Source: a virus
DNA length: 64,000 nt
Reading direction: 5' to 3' (one strand)
IMG/VR virus record: IMGVR_UViG_3300023210_000017
Span: 29,689 to 93,688 of that record
Shown: positions 8,827 to 21,100 of the stretch, piece after piece
Layout: every line of letters starts with the position of its first letter
How positions within the stretch are numbered: position 1 is the first letter of the stretch
The notes under the pieces: model-generated
What the model saw: only the letters and a program-made list of their open reading frames with translations
Told to the model about the DNA's origin: nothing
The model's database searches: none
Made by a program: the position numbers and the translations under genes

Positions 8827-11800
8827 ATGGCAACTTACGTACCAGGAGTACCACAATATTTACCAACATTTAAACCATTTACACCGGACTTTAAATACCT
8901 ATCTAATGTAGTAGATGCAAAAGAGCAGAAGTATAATTCTAATCATAAAGCATTAAATGATTTATATAGTAAAGTAGTGTATGGAAATCTTTCTAGGGAA
9001 GACACTAGAGAAATGAGAGATCAGTTTGCTGAAAACTTAGGTCCAAAATTACAACAAATTTCAGGAATGGATTTATCCATGATGCAAAATGCAGAAGCTG
9101 CAAAATCTATATTCAACCCTTTCTTTGAAGAAGACCTTATTGTTAAAGATCTTGTAACAACTAAAACATATAGAGAGCAAATGCAGGAAGCTGAGTTATT
9201 GAGAAATAATTCAGATAAAGATCTTCGTGAAATGTACTGGCAGACTGGAGTACAGAAAATGCAATATGAAATGGAAGATTTTGTAAATGCAACTGAAGAA
9301 GATGCAATGAGAATGGCTGCACCTAAATATACTGCAGATGCAGATCTTCATGAAATGGCTATGGCTGTATTAACAGAATCTGGTCTTGAGACTGGGGATA
9401 TTTCAGAGTTTTCTAAAGATGGTATGTGGAAAATAACTAGAGCTAATGGAGATCTTATTAGTAGAGAGGCATTACAGTTAGTTCAAAAAACACTTAAAGA
9501 TGATCCTAGAGTTATAGATGCATATCATGCTAAAGCTTTTGTAGAATCAAGACAGTTTGCGGATAATGGTATAAAAGAAGGAAAATATCAAAATGTTAAT
9601 GAAGGTCAAGTTGCTTGGGCTGCAGATAAAATATCTGATATAGAAGCACAAATTGCAGAACAAAATAAAGGTTTAGTAAAAGAAGAAAAAGTTGCTCAAA
9701 ATACAGCAACCTCTTGGGATGTATATAGAAATGAGCATGATCTAATAAAAGGAAGTAAAGAAGCAAAACTTGCTAGAGAGTCTTGGTCAGTTGTTAATGC
9801 TATAAAGCAAAAAATAAAAAGTAACAATGCTGCACTATCTGATACTAAAAGTGTAGATGTATCAAACCCAGAAGAAGTAGTTCCTGAGAATAAACAAAAG
9901 CTTTTACATAGAGCATACGGTTTAATGATGAATTTAAACATGGAATCTGATCTTCAATCAGCAGCTTTAATATATAGTAATATTGGTAAAAAGATTGATT
10001 TTGAAGCAACAGAACTTCAAAAAAATAAATATCAAATGGCTCAAATAGATAGACGCCATGAAAATGCAAAAAAATTAGCAGATTACAATAGAACGAAAGA
10101 CAAGGAGGCAAATGCTGTAACTGGATTTGAGTTTATTGATGAAGCTGTAGGAGCTGCCGGTCAACTTAATACACATACTGCAAAAATGGTAGATGGTAAA
10201 CTTGCTTTACATACAGATACACAAGCAGACCAAGATGCTAAATACAATAAGCAGGATGATATATTAATGCGAAATAAAATAGACATAGCTTTAGGAGGAT
10301 TAGCTGGTCTTGATAAAGCTGGTAGCACAACTGCTTTATATACTGTACCTGGAATAGGTAAAGATAAAACTATGAATCAGCTACAACAAATAATGAAAAA
10401 TGGTTTAAGTAGTGGCAATGAATCAATCATAGCTGCTATAGATGCAGAATATTATAGAATAGAAGATTTATTTGATGCTAAAGATGCAGAAGTAGCAGCA
10501 GCATCTGATGGCAAACCTTATCCTAAAAGCGAGCATTATCTTGCATTGAGAGGAGGTATGATAGATATTGAATCACATCAAGGTGCAATAGATGCTGCTG
10601 ATTCAGCAGTAAAAGCATCTCTTTCTAGAAACCTTAATAGATTAGCAAATACTGCATTAGACCAGGTTGACGGGCAAGAAGAAGCTGGAGCAGCAGTAAA
10701 GCAATATATGAATTCTAGTGGCCCTAGTATTTTTTATGAAGATGCAGAAGGTAACACTCACAGGTATACAGAAAAAGAATTTGTTAATGTATTTGCTGAT
10801 TGGGCTCAAAGTGATAAAAATAAAACTAATGTAAGAAATACATCTTTTGATGATAGTAGTTTCTGGAGTCATGATGGAAGTGAGCAAACCGTAAATGAAG
10901 ATGGAGGTGCAGCTAAGTTTGGTTATGGTCAAAATAGACCTGTACTTGGAACAAGTGTAATAAACATAGCTCATAGATCTCCTGGTGGTGGTGGAGGTAT
11001 GGATCCAAATGCTGGATCTCACACGGTAACTAATTATGGAGATTATGATGGAGACTTTTATTTTCAAAAAGATTTAGCTAGAACACAAGCTGAAACAATA
11101 TATAAATCTCAATATAACTTAGCAAACAATTCTGCAACTGGAGCATTAGAAGGAGAATTTGGAGTAGAAGGATCAATGTTTGAAACACCAGATTTTAATC
11201 AATTTTTAAAAGGTGTTGATATAGCAAATATGACTCCTGGAGATATTGCTTCAAATCCAAGTTATATAGCTGTTGTAGATCCTGCAAATGCAGATCCAAA
11301 TGGTGCAGGTGTAGATTTTTTAAAAAATATACACTATGCAACACAAGTTGATGCTTTTGGAACAGATGTATATATGAATGATGTAGCATTCAATGAGCAT
11401 CAAGCGAATGAAGGAAAATTTCTGAATGCCGATGATCAAAATTCAGAAATACTTGATCCTGCTGATGATGATTCAGCTGGTCAAGCAAATTTTGATGCTG
11501 GTCAAGCAATATTAAAAGATTATTACATGGAGATAAAAAGATTGCAGGGAGCGGGAACTCCTACTAAATCTGACTATCCAATAGCTACAATACAATATTT
11601 CCCAGCTTGGAGTGCTGATGCAAATGATTTTAGTGGTGGTAAAGCAGGCTATACAATTACATTTGGTGAAGATTATATGGATAAACATAGAAAATCAGGT
11701 GGTATATTAGATGGCCTATCAGGAAGTAATGGTGGTAAACCTTATGTATTAAATGTTGTAATTCCTAGTGAAAACGATCATAATGTTAGGAAAGCGGGAG

Positions 11801-12186
11801 AAATGAATTTTTCATCTGTTGCTGCACAGGTAGCTTCTAGTACAAACGGAGGATATCAATATGTAGCTCCTTTAGGTGGATCCTTGAATATTACTCAAAC
11901 TCATACTGGCCAATTTCAAATAGACTATTCAGCATTACAATTTGATGCTGATGCTGCAGGAAAAGGAGAAAATATGTGGAAATCTGTTCAAGAAACAAAA
12001 CTAATGGAATATAAAGGGGTGCCTATAACATCTCTTGATAGAAGATATTTAGATTATTTTGTAAATGAATATAGAGGTTTACTTGATAATAATGGAATAA
12101 CTAATGAGGCAGATAGAGCTAGTTGGTTAGCTTCACATCCAGAAATGAAAGTAGAAGGTCCAACATATCAATATGATTATAAATAA
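8827..12186 (+). CDS. Putative DNA-ejection/cargo protein (1119 aa)
   Basis: Pro/aromatic-rich N-terminus (MATYVPGVPQYLPTFKPFTPDF) followed by a long coiled-coil region. It lies directly upstream of the virion RNAP, where crAss-like ejection proteins are found. Confidence 0.5.
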   Translation: MATYVPGVPQYLPTFKPFTPDFKYLSNVVDAKEQKYNSNHKALNDLYSKVVYGNLSREDTREMRDQFAENLGPKLQQISGMDLSMMQNAEAAKSIFNPFFEEDLIVKDLVTTKTYREQMQEAELLRNNSDKDLREMYWQTGVQKMQYEMEDFVNATEEDAMRMAAPKYTADADLHEMAMAVLTESGLETGDISEFSKDGMWKITRANGDLISREALQLVQKTLKDDPRVIDAYHAKAFVESRQFADNGIKEGKYQNVNEGQVAWAADKISDIEAQIAEQNKGLVKEEKVAQNTATSWDVYRNEHDLIKGSKEAKLARESWSVVNAIKQKIKSNNAALSDTKSVDVSNPEEVVPENKQKLLHRAYGLMMNLNMESDLQSAALIYSNIGKKIDFEATELQKNKYQMAQIDRRHENAKKLADYNRTKDKEANAVTGFEFIDEAVGAAGQLNTHTAKMVDGKLALHTDTQADQDAKYNKQDDILMRNKIDIALGGLAGLDKAGSTTALYTVPGIGKDKTMNQLQQIMKNGLSSGNESIIAAIDAEYYRIEDLFDAKDAEVAAASDGKPYPKSEHYLALRGGMIDIESHQGAIDAADSAVKASLSRNLNRLANTALDQVDGQEEAGAAVKQYMNSSGPSIFYEDAEGNTHRYTEKEFVNVFADWAQSDKNKTNVRNTSFDDSSFWSHDGSEQTVNEDGGAAKFGYGQNRPVLGTSVINIAHRSPGGGGGMDPNAGSHTVTNYGDYDGDFYFQKDLARTQAETIYKSQYNLANNSATGALEGEFGVEGSMFETPDFNQFLKGVDIANMTPGDIASNPSYIAVVDPANADPNGAGVDFLKNIHYATQVDAFGTDVYMNDVAFNEHQANEGKFLNADDQNSEILDPADDDSAGQANFDAGQAILKDYYMEIKRLQGAGTPTKSDYPIATIQYFPAWSADANDFSGGKAGYTITFGEDYMDKHRKSGGILDGLSGSNGGKPYVLNVVIPSENDHNVRKAGEMNFSSVAAQVASSTNGGYQYVAPLGGSLNITQTHTGQFQIDYSALQFDADAAGKGENMWKSVQETKLMEYKGVPITSLDRRYLDYFVNEYRGLLDNNGITNEADRASWLASHPEMKVEGPTYQYDYK

Positions 12187-12195
12187 AATTTAATA

Positions 12196-15100
12196 ATGGA
12201 AGATATCATTTTAAATAATCAGGTTCCAAACAATCCTGTTGGAGTGCCAGATGATCAATTTAATTTTCAAACAATTTCAGAATTAGAAGTTCCGCCAAAT
12301 TTAGCAGAATTTGATAAATCTTTAGATCCTGAATATGAAGTAATGTTGGAGCAGCAATCTGCTTTAATTAATAAGTTTGCAATGGCTGCAACTCATAATT
12401 ATAATTCTCCATATCCAGCTCCATCAACTGGAGGTTATAATACAGCTAGTCAACAATCTGCACCAAATCCTCATACATTGCAAGGTAAGTTAAGATTATT
12501 TTCTGATGTAGATAAACAAGATCCCGTAGTTAAAGAACAGGGTATGTTTGGAAGTAATGTAGTAAAAATAGCAGATCCTGTAGTTTCTGGAATTAGACAA
12601 AGTAATTTTGATAGATTCTATGCTTCCCCTGCTTATGGTAAACTAGGTTGGCATCCTCATGCTAACATGGAAGAATACTATAATGAACGTACTACTTGGT
12701 GGGATGATACTTCAAGAATGCTTGGTGAGTTAGGTGCATTAACTGGAACTGGTTTTTTAAGTGGTTATAGAAGTTGGGGTGATTTGGATAGTGTTATGGA
12801 TCTTCAAAGTGCTGTTGAGTATGAAGATGCAATAAGAATTGGTTCTTCTTCTAAAGATGGTTTTGGTGCAGGCTTTAATAATTTTCTTCTTAATGCTGGT
12901 TATACATTTGGTATTATAGGTTCAATTGCTTTAGAAGAAGCTGCATTATTTGGTCTTGCTGCAATACAAGGAGGATTAAATCCTGCATCTGATGCTATAT
13001 TAGCGGCAAGAACTGCATCTAATGCAAGTAGATTAGCCAAGCTTGGTAGAAGAGTTGCAAATAGTTTTTCAGTTGGTAAGTTGGCTCAAGGTACTAGAGC
13101 TATAGTTCAAAATTTAAAAAGAATAGAGAATGCAAGAGATTTTTATAGTGTTGCTAAAGCTGGTGGAAATGTATTAGGTAAAATGCTTATTCCAGAAACT
13201 ATGTCAACTTTTAAAAATCTTAAAAGTGCTCAGAAAGCTGGAGAGAATTTAACCTGGATGGCAAGAAGTTCTAAAAAACTTGGAGGATTTTACAGAGATG
13301 CTAGGTCTATGAACTTTGCATTATCAGAAGGTAGAATGGAAGGTGGTTCAGTTTATAAAAGCCAACTTTCTGCAAATTATGCTATTCAAGCAGAAAAAAA
13401 TAGAAGAGAAGGTTTAGGAGATGTTACTTCAGAGCAAATGAAAGCGTTAAGTGATCAAGCATTGGAGGCTGCTTTTGTAACAAGTTCATGGAATGTTCCG
13501 GTTATTTATTTATCTAATCAATTACTACTAGGAAATGCTTTTGGAGGTTTTAAAAGATCTCTTAGTCAAATGGCTAGAGATAATATTAAAGGTGTTGGTA
13601 AGAGAATTCTTAAAACTAAAGCTACACTTGAAGGAGCAAAAGGCGCTAAAAAAGTAGCTAGAGATGTTTTTGAAAAAGTAGATGATAGTTTTATGGATTG
13701 GAAATATCTTAAAGCTAAGGTTAAAGCTGGAGGTGCAAAAGGTGGGGTTGTAATGGCTGCTGGTGCAGGTCTAAGATTTTTTGCAAATAATGTTGCAGAG
13801 GGTGCTCAAGAACTTTATCAAGAAGCTGTATCTGCAGGTGTAAAAGATTACTATACTAGTTTAATGCGTGATCCAGCAAATTCTAACATTCAGCAAATGA
13901 AAGCATCTGCACAAGCAGGTCTAGGTGAGCAATGGAGTGGTCAAGGTTTAGAAACATTTATGTCTGGATTTTTTATGGGAAGTGTAGTAAGCGGACCACA
14001 AAAATTAGTATTTCAAGGAATACCAAATCTTTATCAAGCTAAGTTTAATAAGACTGAGTATGCTGAATACAAAGCAAATAAAGAAAAATTAGTAGATGCA
14101 ACACTTAAGTCACTAAATAGTAGTTGGAATTCACAACAAGAAAGTGTTGATTCAATGTTTGACACAGATACCTTAAATTTTCTAGAGCAAAAGCAAGCTG
14201 CTGAAGCTATGGAAAGTGCTACTATGCAAGATAATGTATTTGATTTTATGGATGCTGGTGATACGGCAAGATTTTCAAGTCTGCATAGAATGTTTAGTAC
14301 AGGAAAAGAAGACTTCTTTAAAGAGCAATTGCAAGATTATTTAACTATGTCCGATGAAGAATTAGGACAAGCTTTTCCTGCAGAAGCAAAAGCAGCTAAA
14401 TCTGGCAAGCTTAGAAATAAAATTCAAAAGCAGATAAAGAATATTGATGTAATGCGGGAGATGTATGATAAGCATAATGAGGATATGGTTAATCCTTATG
14501 ATCCTGCTGCATTTACCCCAGGCTCTAAAGAACATACTGAAGAATCATATAAACATCTAGCTTTTAATCACGCTAAGATGCTATTCATGTTTACCAAAGA
14601 TGGTTTTTTAAAAGCCGGAGAAAGAGCTCAAAGTATTTATAATAAATTAGAAAGTGATCCAATAATAAAAGAATTAGCTGCAAATGATATAACAGTTCTT
14701 CTTAATAAAGATACTTTACAAAAAGAAATTAAACAACTTGAGGAAGAAATCCCAGGGCTAGGTGAAGCAGGGACCAAGCTTCTTAAAAAGGATAAAGAGA
14801 AAAAATTAGAAAAGCTTAAAGCTATTGCAGAAGTATTATATGCAAATGAGAATCAAACACTATCAATAAAGGATAAGCGTTTTGATAGAAGAAAAACTAG
14901 CAAACTTATGCCTAAAGTTTTAGACTATTTAAAAATGTTAGCTAAAACTAAAAAAGATTTTGTTGATGAATCAAGAATAAAAGAAGTGATTAACATGATT
15001 ATAGATCATAATCATTTATCAAATAGACAAAAGGTTTATGATAAGGCTATACAATTTATGACCAATCCTAAAGAGTTAGATCTTATTGTTAGAAGAAGTG

Positions 15101-18100
15101 CTGAGTATATAAAGTTTGCACATACAGATAAACTCAATCTTCAAAAAGAATTAATTGAAAAGTTAATTTTAAGAAAGGAAATAAATCAATTACTAAATGA
15201 ATTGATGAAGTTAGATGTATATGTTGATCCTAGTGAAATGTTAATGTTTAATGAAACTGGAGACTCTAAACATCTTAGAACATTTCATACAGAAGATGGA
15301 ATATTAAATGAAATAGATGATCCAGTTTTGTATAATAAAGTACTTAGTATAATAGATGTATATAGACAAACTTCTGGAGTTCAAGAAAAAATTGATGCTG
15401 AAAAAGCTGCTGAAGCTGAAGCTGCTCAATCTGGTACACAGAGTGCAGATACTACAAAAAGTAAAATTGATGAATTGCTTGAAGAAGAAGGTATTAAAGC
15501 TCCTGAAGTTAAAATTCAAGGTAAAGCAAAAAATGAATCTCCTGTCTTAGATAAAATTATAAACTCTAGATGGATTCAATATAGAGCTATGCAGGCAAAT
15601 CTAGGAAATGCTCCTGTTACTTTAGAAGAGTTTTTAGAAACAGCTATTGCAAAAAATATTATAACTGCATATACTGGTTTAAAAAAACTATGGTATCAGA
15701 GTTTAATCAGTATGGAGAATGAGCAGATAAGAATGCTTAAGTATACTACTGATAATGGGTTTTTAAATTGGCTATCTCTTCAAGAAGAAAATCCTATAGT
15801 TTTCAAAATATTAGATGAAAGTAATTTAGATTTTAAATTCTTTTTGCCTGACTTTGAAAAACAGAAAGGCGAGCAAGCTGGTAAAGAAGATGGGGAAAAA
15901 ACATTTAAAGGTTATACTGGAAATAATGTAGAAATAATTGAAATAGAAAGTATAGATATAAACACAAAAGAAAAAACTACATATTATCAAATACGTCAAA
16001 AAAATGGAGACTATGTTGAAGAAAGTATATCAGATTCTGTTGCTCCAGGCAATCCAACTTTATCTTTTACAGATGCAGCTGTAGCTAAACAAATAGCTGC
16101 AAAAATAGATCCTTTAGTAGTTAACCTTGATGCATATGAATTCGGAGGACAGACTCTTCAGTATGGTATGAGAATAAAGGATGTAAAAACAGGCAAGCAT
16201 TATATTGTATTGGCAAATCCTTCTGATGTTAAATCTGGCAGAATATATGTTTTAAATGAGGATTCTTCATATTTATTAGCTAGTGATAAACGTACTAGAA
16301 ATGCAAGTGTTGAAAAAGGAAAAGATGGTAAAAGAGGATTAACTGAAGCTGAATTTCAAGCACGTTTTAAAGTAGAAAAAATTAATCTTGGTGCAACCGC
16401 TTTACCTAAAGGAGCAAGTAAGTTAAGACTTGATTCAGCAACCAGTTTAATACCACATAAAAATGATAGAGGTACTAATACTGAAGAAGGAAAAGTATTA
16501 GCATTTAGAAGATATGCATACATTGTTCAAAGATTATCTAAAGAAGAATTAGAAAGTTTAGAAGTTGAAGTAACAACAAACTCAAATGGTGGAGCATTCA
16601 TCCGTCAATTTAAATTAGATAAAGAAGGAGCTGAACCAAATCCTTTTATAGATGCAACTAGCGCCCCTTATAATATTGCAATTAAAATGCCTGAAGCATT
16701 ATCAAAAAAAATGAATAAGCTTCTTTTAGCTGAAAACCTAAATCCAACTAAGGATGGTATAATAGGATATATTCCAAATGGTGATGTAATATTAAAAGAT
16801 AGAAAAACCGGAGAGGTGATCAATCCTTTAAATATACAAGGAGATCAAATTTCAGATTTATTTAGCACTTCAAAAGATAGTGAGGTAGCAGCAAAAGAAA
16901 TCCAACAAAGCTTTGCTATTCAGTATACTATAATGAATGCAATAAAAGATAAACTTGATGGTGCATCTGAAGGAACATTTAGTTTAACAGATATAGGTGG
17001 AGTTAATTTTTCAACTACACCTGGGTATATAGAATTTCTTAAAAAAGGAGAAACTGTAAGAATTGATCAACTGCATCATAATACAGTTGATGGTAAAGTT
17101 GTGATTTTAAAGAATACTAAAAGAAGAAATAAAAAAGGAGAAGCAAGTATTAGTACAGCATTTACACCAATGGGTTTACCTGTTGAAGAAGAATTGGCAT
17201 TTGAGAAAAAAATTAAATCTGAAATGAATGATCAAAGTTTAAACATATGGGATAGCGCAACTAATGCTGGAAGATATGTTATGATTGTTAAACAGGATAA
17301 TGGCGTATACTCATATTTTCCAATTAAATCTGATAAATTAGAAGCTGAAGAATTAAATACTTTAGCTGATGCATTAATTAAACAATCAGCAACAACAGCA
17401 AAAGAAAATGTTGAAACTAATGAAGATGGTGAAACTAAAGTAAAAGATTTATCATATAGTTCTGCGTGGAATCAAGATTTAAATAATGGAGAAATTGAAG
17501 GTATTTCAGGATTCTATATAGCTTCTATACCGGGTTATTCTTTTGATATTAATATAACAGCAAAAGGTGGGATTCAAGTAAAAATTTATGATAGAGCTGG
17601 AAATGAAGCTATATCACTTATAATGTCTAATGTTTCTGATATAGCTCAATATGCTGGTGCTGAAAATAAATCTGATTTAATAAAAGATTTATTTGAATTA
17701 GTTAATGAACAATTAAAAGATGCTCCTAGTAAATTTACAAAAAAGACTTCTGATGCTAGAAAGAAAGTTATAAGAGATGCTTCTAAAAATATAAGTTTAA
17801 ATCTTGACTCTTTAAGAAAATCATTTTCTCAAAAAACAAAAGCTAAAGACATTATAGATAATGTAGTAACAACAGTATCTCCAAGTATTAGAGCAGGTGC
17901 AAAAATAATATCTAATGTAGATGGTGTAGATGCACAACAAATGATAGCTGCTGGTGTAACTGTAGGACCTTCAGTTCCAACTGCTGGTACATTTACGCCA
18001 ACTGAAACTTTTACAGATGCGGATGGAAAGCCTATACCTAAAGGACCTGAAACAACTACAAGTAGTGAAGATTTAGATATTGATCTAGCTTTACTTTCTG

Positions 18101-21100
18101 ATGAAGCGTTTAAGGAAATGCAAGATAAAGAGTTTATAAGCCTGACTAATAATCAAAAAGATTTTATTGCAGATAAAATAGCAAAAGACGGATTAACTAG
18201 TTTATCAAACAGAGAGTCTCAGGTAATGGAGTCATCTTATAGAGATATAATTAATGGAAAGGTTGCTAAAAAATTAGCAAGTAAATCTTCTACTGCATCT
18301 GATCCTAAAAAATCTACATCTGAAAAAGAAGTGGTGAATTTAAGAGCAGAGTTGGAAAAAGTAAAATTAGAAATAGAAGCACGAGAAACAGAGCTTTTTG
18401 ATAATAAACTTACTAATGCTGAATATATGCAGCAAATAGATCCAACTTCTAAAATATATGATAAAAACTTAAAAAAATTAGTAAAAGAACGCAATAGCAT
18501 TCTTTCAAAACTTGGAGCAAATAAAGTTATATCTGATGATTTAACTACTGAAGAAGTTGCGCACATAGATGAGTTTATACAATGGGCTGCTGAAAATCTA
18601 CCTGACTTTATTACAATAGAAAATATTGATACTTTAGGTAATAATATGAAATCTGGCGGTCAAAGAGTTGGATCATTTGTAATGGCACTTAATAATATAG
18701 CCGGTAAACAATCAATTAACGGAACTATATATGCAGGTACATCAACAAGACACGCATACCATGAAGCATTTCATGCTATATTTGAAATGCTTTTAACTGA
18801 AGATCAACAAAACCAATATTATAAAATTGCTAAAAAAGAGCTTCTAGGTAAATTGAAGTCTCAAGGTAAAAGTCTTAAGTCTGCATTAGAAGAACTTAAA
18901 AATTCTGATATAGATAAATATAAAAGATATTCTAAAGAAAAACTAGAAAAGTTATTGTATGAGGAATATATGGCAGATGAGTTTGAGCTGTTTAAGCAAA
19001 ATCCAAAAAGCACTAAAACTGATTCTTGGATTAAGTCTTTGTTTAATAAGATTATTGAGTGGCTTAGAAATGTATTGGGTACTTATAATGCTACTGAATT
19101 GCGAGTTTTATTTGAAGAAGTTAATGCAGGCAAGTTTAGATCTGGCAAAGTTCAATCTAATCCGTTTACAAATGAGGCTGCGTCAGGCGTTACTTTGGAT
19201 GTCAGTAAGATAATTAGAAGTAAAACAGTAAAAGGAGAAGATGGTTTTGAGTATAGTGTAAGTTTAGATCCAGATGTAGGAAGAGGTATGGTGTCTTCTA
19301 TTGCAGCTAGAGTTATAATGCTAGAGTTAGAGAATGAAGATCCTAATTTCAATATAGCAGATGCGGTTACAACTTCAATTGATCTTTATAGAGATCTTTA
19401 TAAGCTTGATAATCCTCAATATGAAAATCTTTCAAAAGCTCAATTTGATCTTTTAATTGCAATAAATAATTCATTTGAAGATTTTGGATATGATTTTTAT
19501 GAAGCAGTTATAGATGAACTTAAACTATATGATATAAAACTTGAACTCAAAGAAGAAGAAGATTCAACATGGGAAGAGGGATATGGATTAAGATCTACAG
19601 GAGAATATGATAAAGATGCTTCTCAAAGTGGAGGAGTTAGATCGTTGCCATCTTTCATAAGAAAATATATAGGTACTACAACTATTAGTGAAAAAGATAT
19701 CTTTGGTCAAACTGTTTTAAGAACTTATGAAAATGACAAAGGTGAGACCGTTAATGAAAATATTATAACAGCTGTAGATTTTAGTGCAGCTTATTCAGGA
19801 TTTTTAAAAGCTGCTAGTGGCAAGTCTGATCCTGTAACTATATTGCAATCATTATATCTTTTTAGTATTGACAATCCACAAACAAGTGCGGTTGTACAAA
19901 GGTTGTTCAATGATTTAGGTATAGTATGGGAAGGCCAACTTGAACAAGGTGAACTACCAGGAAAAATCAAACAAAATGGTTTATTCCAAGCTATGCTTAA
20001 AGGATTTGAAAACTTTAAAGTTGATTACCTATTTATACACAGAGTGCTAGGAAATGGTAAGAATGATCCAAATTCAGGTAAAGTTGTAACATATGATGCA
20101 GCTAATAGAGATGATGCTCATGAGCAAATAGCAAGATGGACAGATAATTATAAAATGTTACGTAAACAATTTAATTTAGATCCAAGCTTAAGCAAAGATC
20201 TTTCTGATAAGTTAAATGAGTTAATGAAATATTTAGATTCTGATAATAAACAAGAAGAAATATCAGATAAAAAATTAGGAGATATATCTAGAGAATTTGC
20301 AAAATTATTAGAAAGTACTTTAGGTATAGTGTTAAGTCCAAGATATATTGCGTTTAGTATTGCTTCTAACTTAGTTATTGCAACTCCTTATCAAGATGCA
20401 TTACTTAGATCTCAAAAAGATATTGTACCTATACAACATAAAGTTATAGAAGAATTACGTATTGGTGTTGATAATAATGCTGATATCATGTCTGAAACTG
20501 AAGAAGGTTTATATGGCAGACTTAGAACAATGGCTTTAGGTAATGCACCATTTGATGAAAGAATAGGTGCGTCAGTATTTAGAAATCCTAATGGGGATTT
20601 AGTATATGCACATCAACTTCCTACATTCCACCTTAAAAGAATAGCTTCATTAAATGATGTTAAAGGAAAAGGTGCTGTTATTGCAGACTTAGCTGAAACA
20701 GATCCTTTTTTAGCAATGAACTTTTTAGTAAAAAGTGAAGCTATGCAGAAGCTTTCTGCAGAAGGTAGATTGAAAATTACTAGACTTTCTGGTTCAAAAT
20801 CAAGTAGATCTATTGAAAAAGATGAAGCTGGAGGTATAACAGAGACATATGATAAAAATGAAAAAGGAACTGTATATGGGGATTATAATCCTCAAGAATT
20901 TATAGTTGGTTTATTAAGTGCTTATATATCAGGTGTTAATCCTAAATCAGGAAAAGTAAATGATGTAATAGTAGAAACTGAAAAGGATGGAGAAAAAAGT
21001 GTAGCAATAGCTCCAGTTTTACTTAGAGTGATTGAAGCATCTAATACAGGAGATATGATAGGATTACCTATTATAAAAGCTATATTAAAAAGTTCTTCTG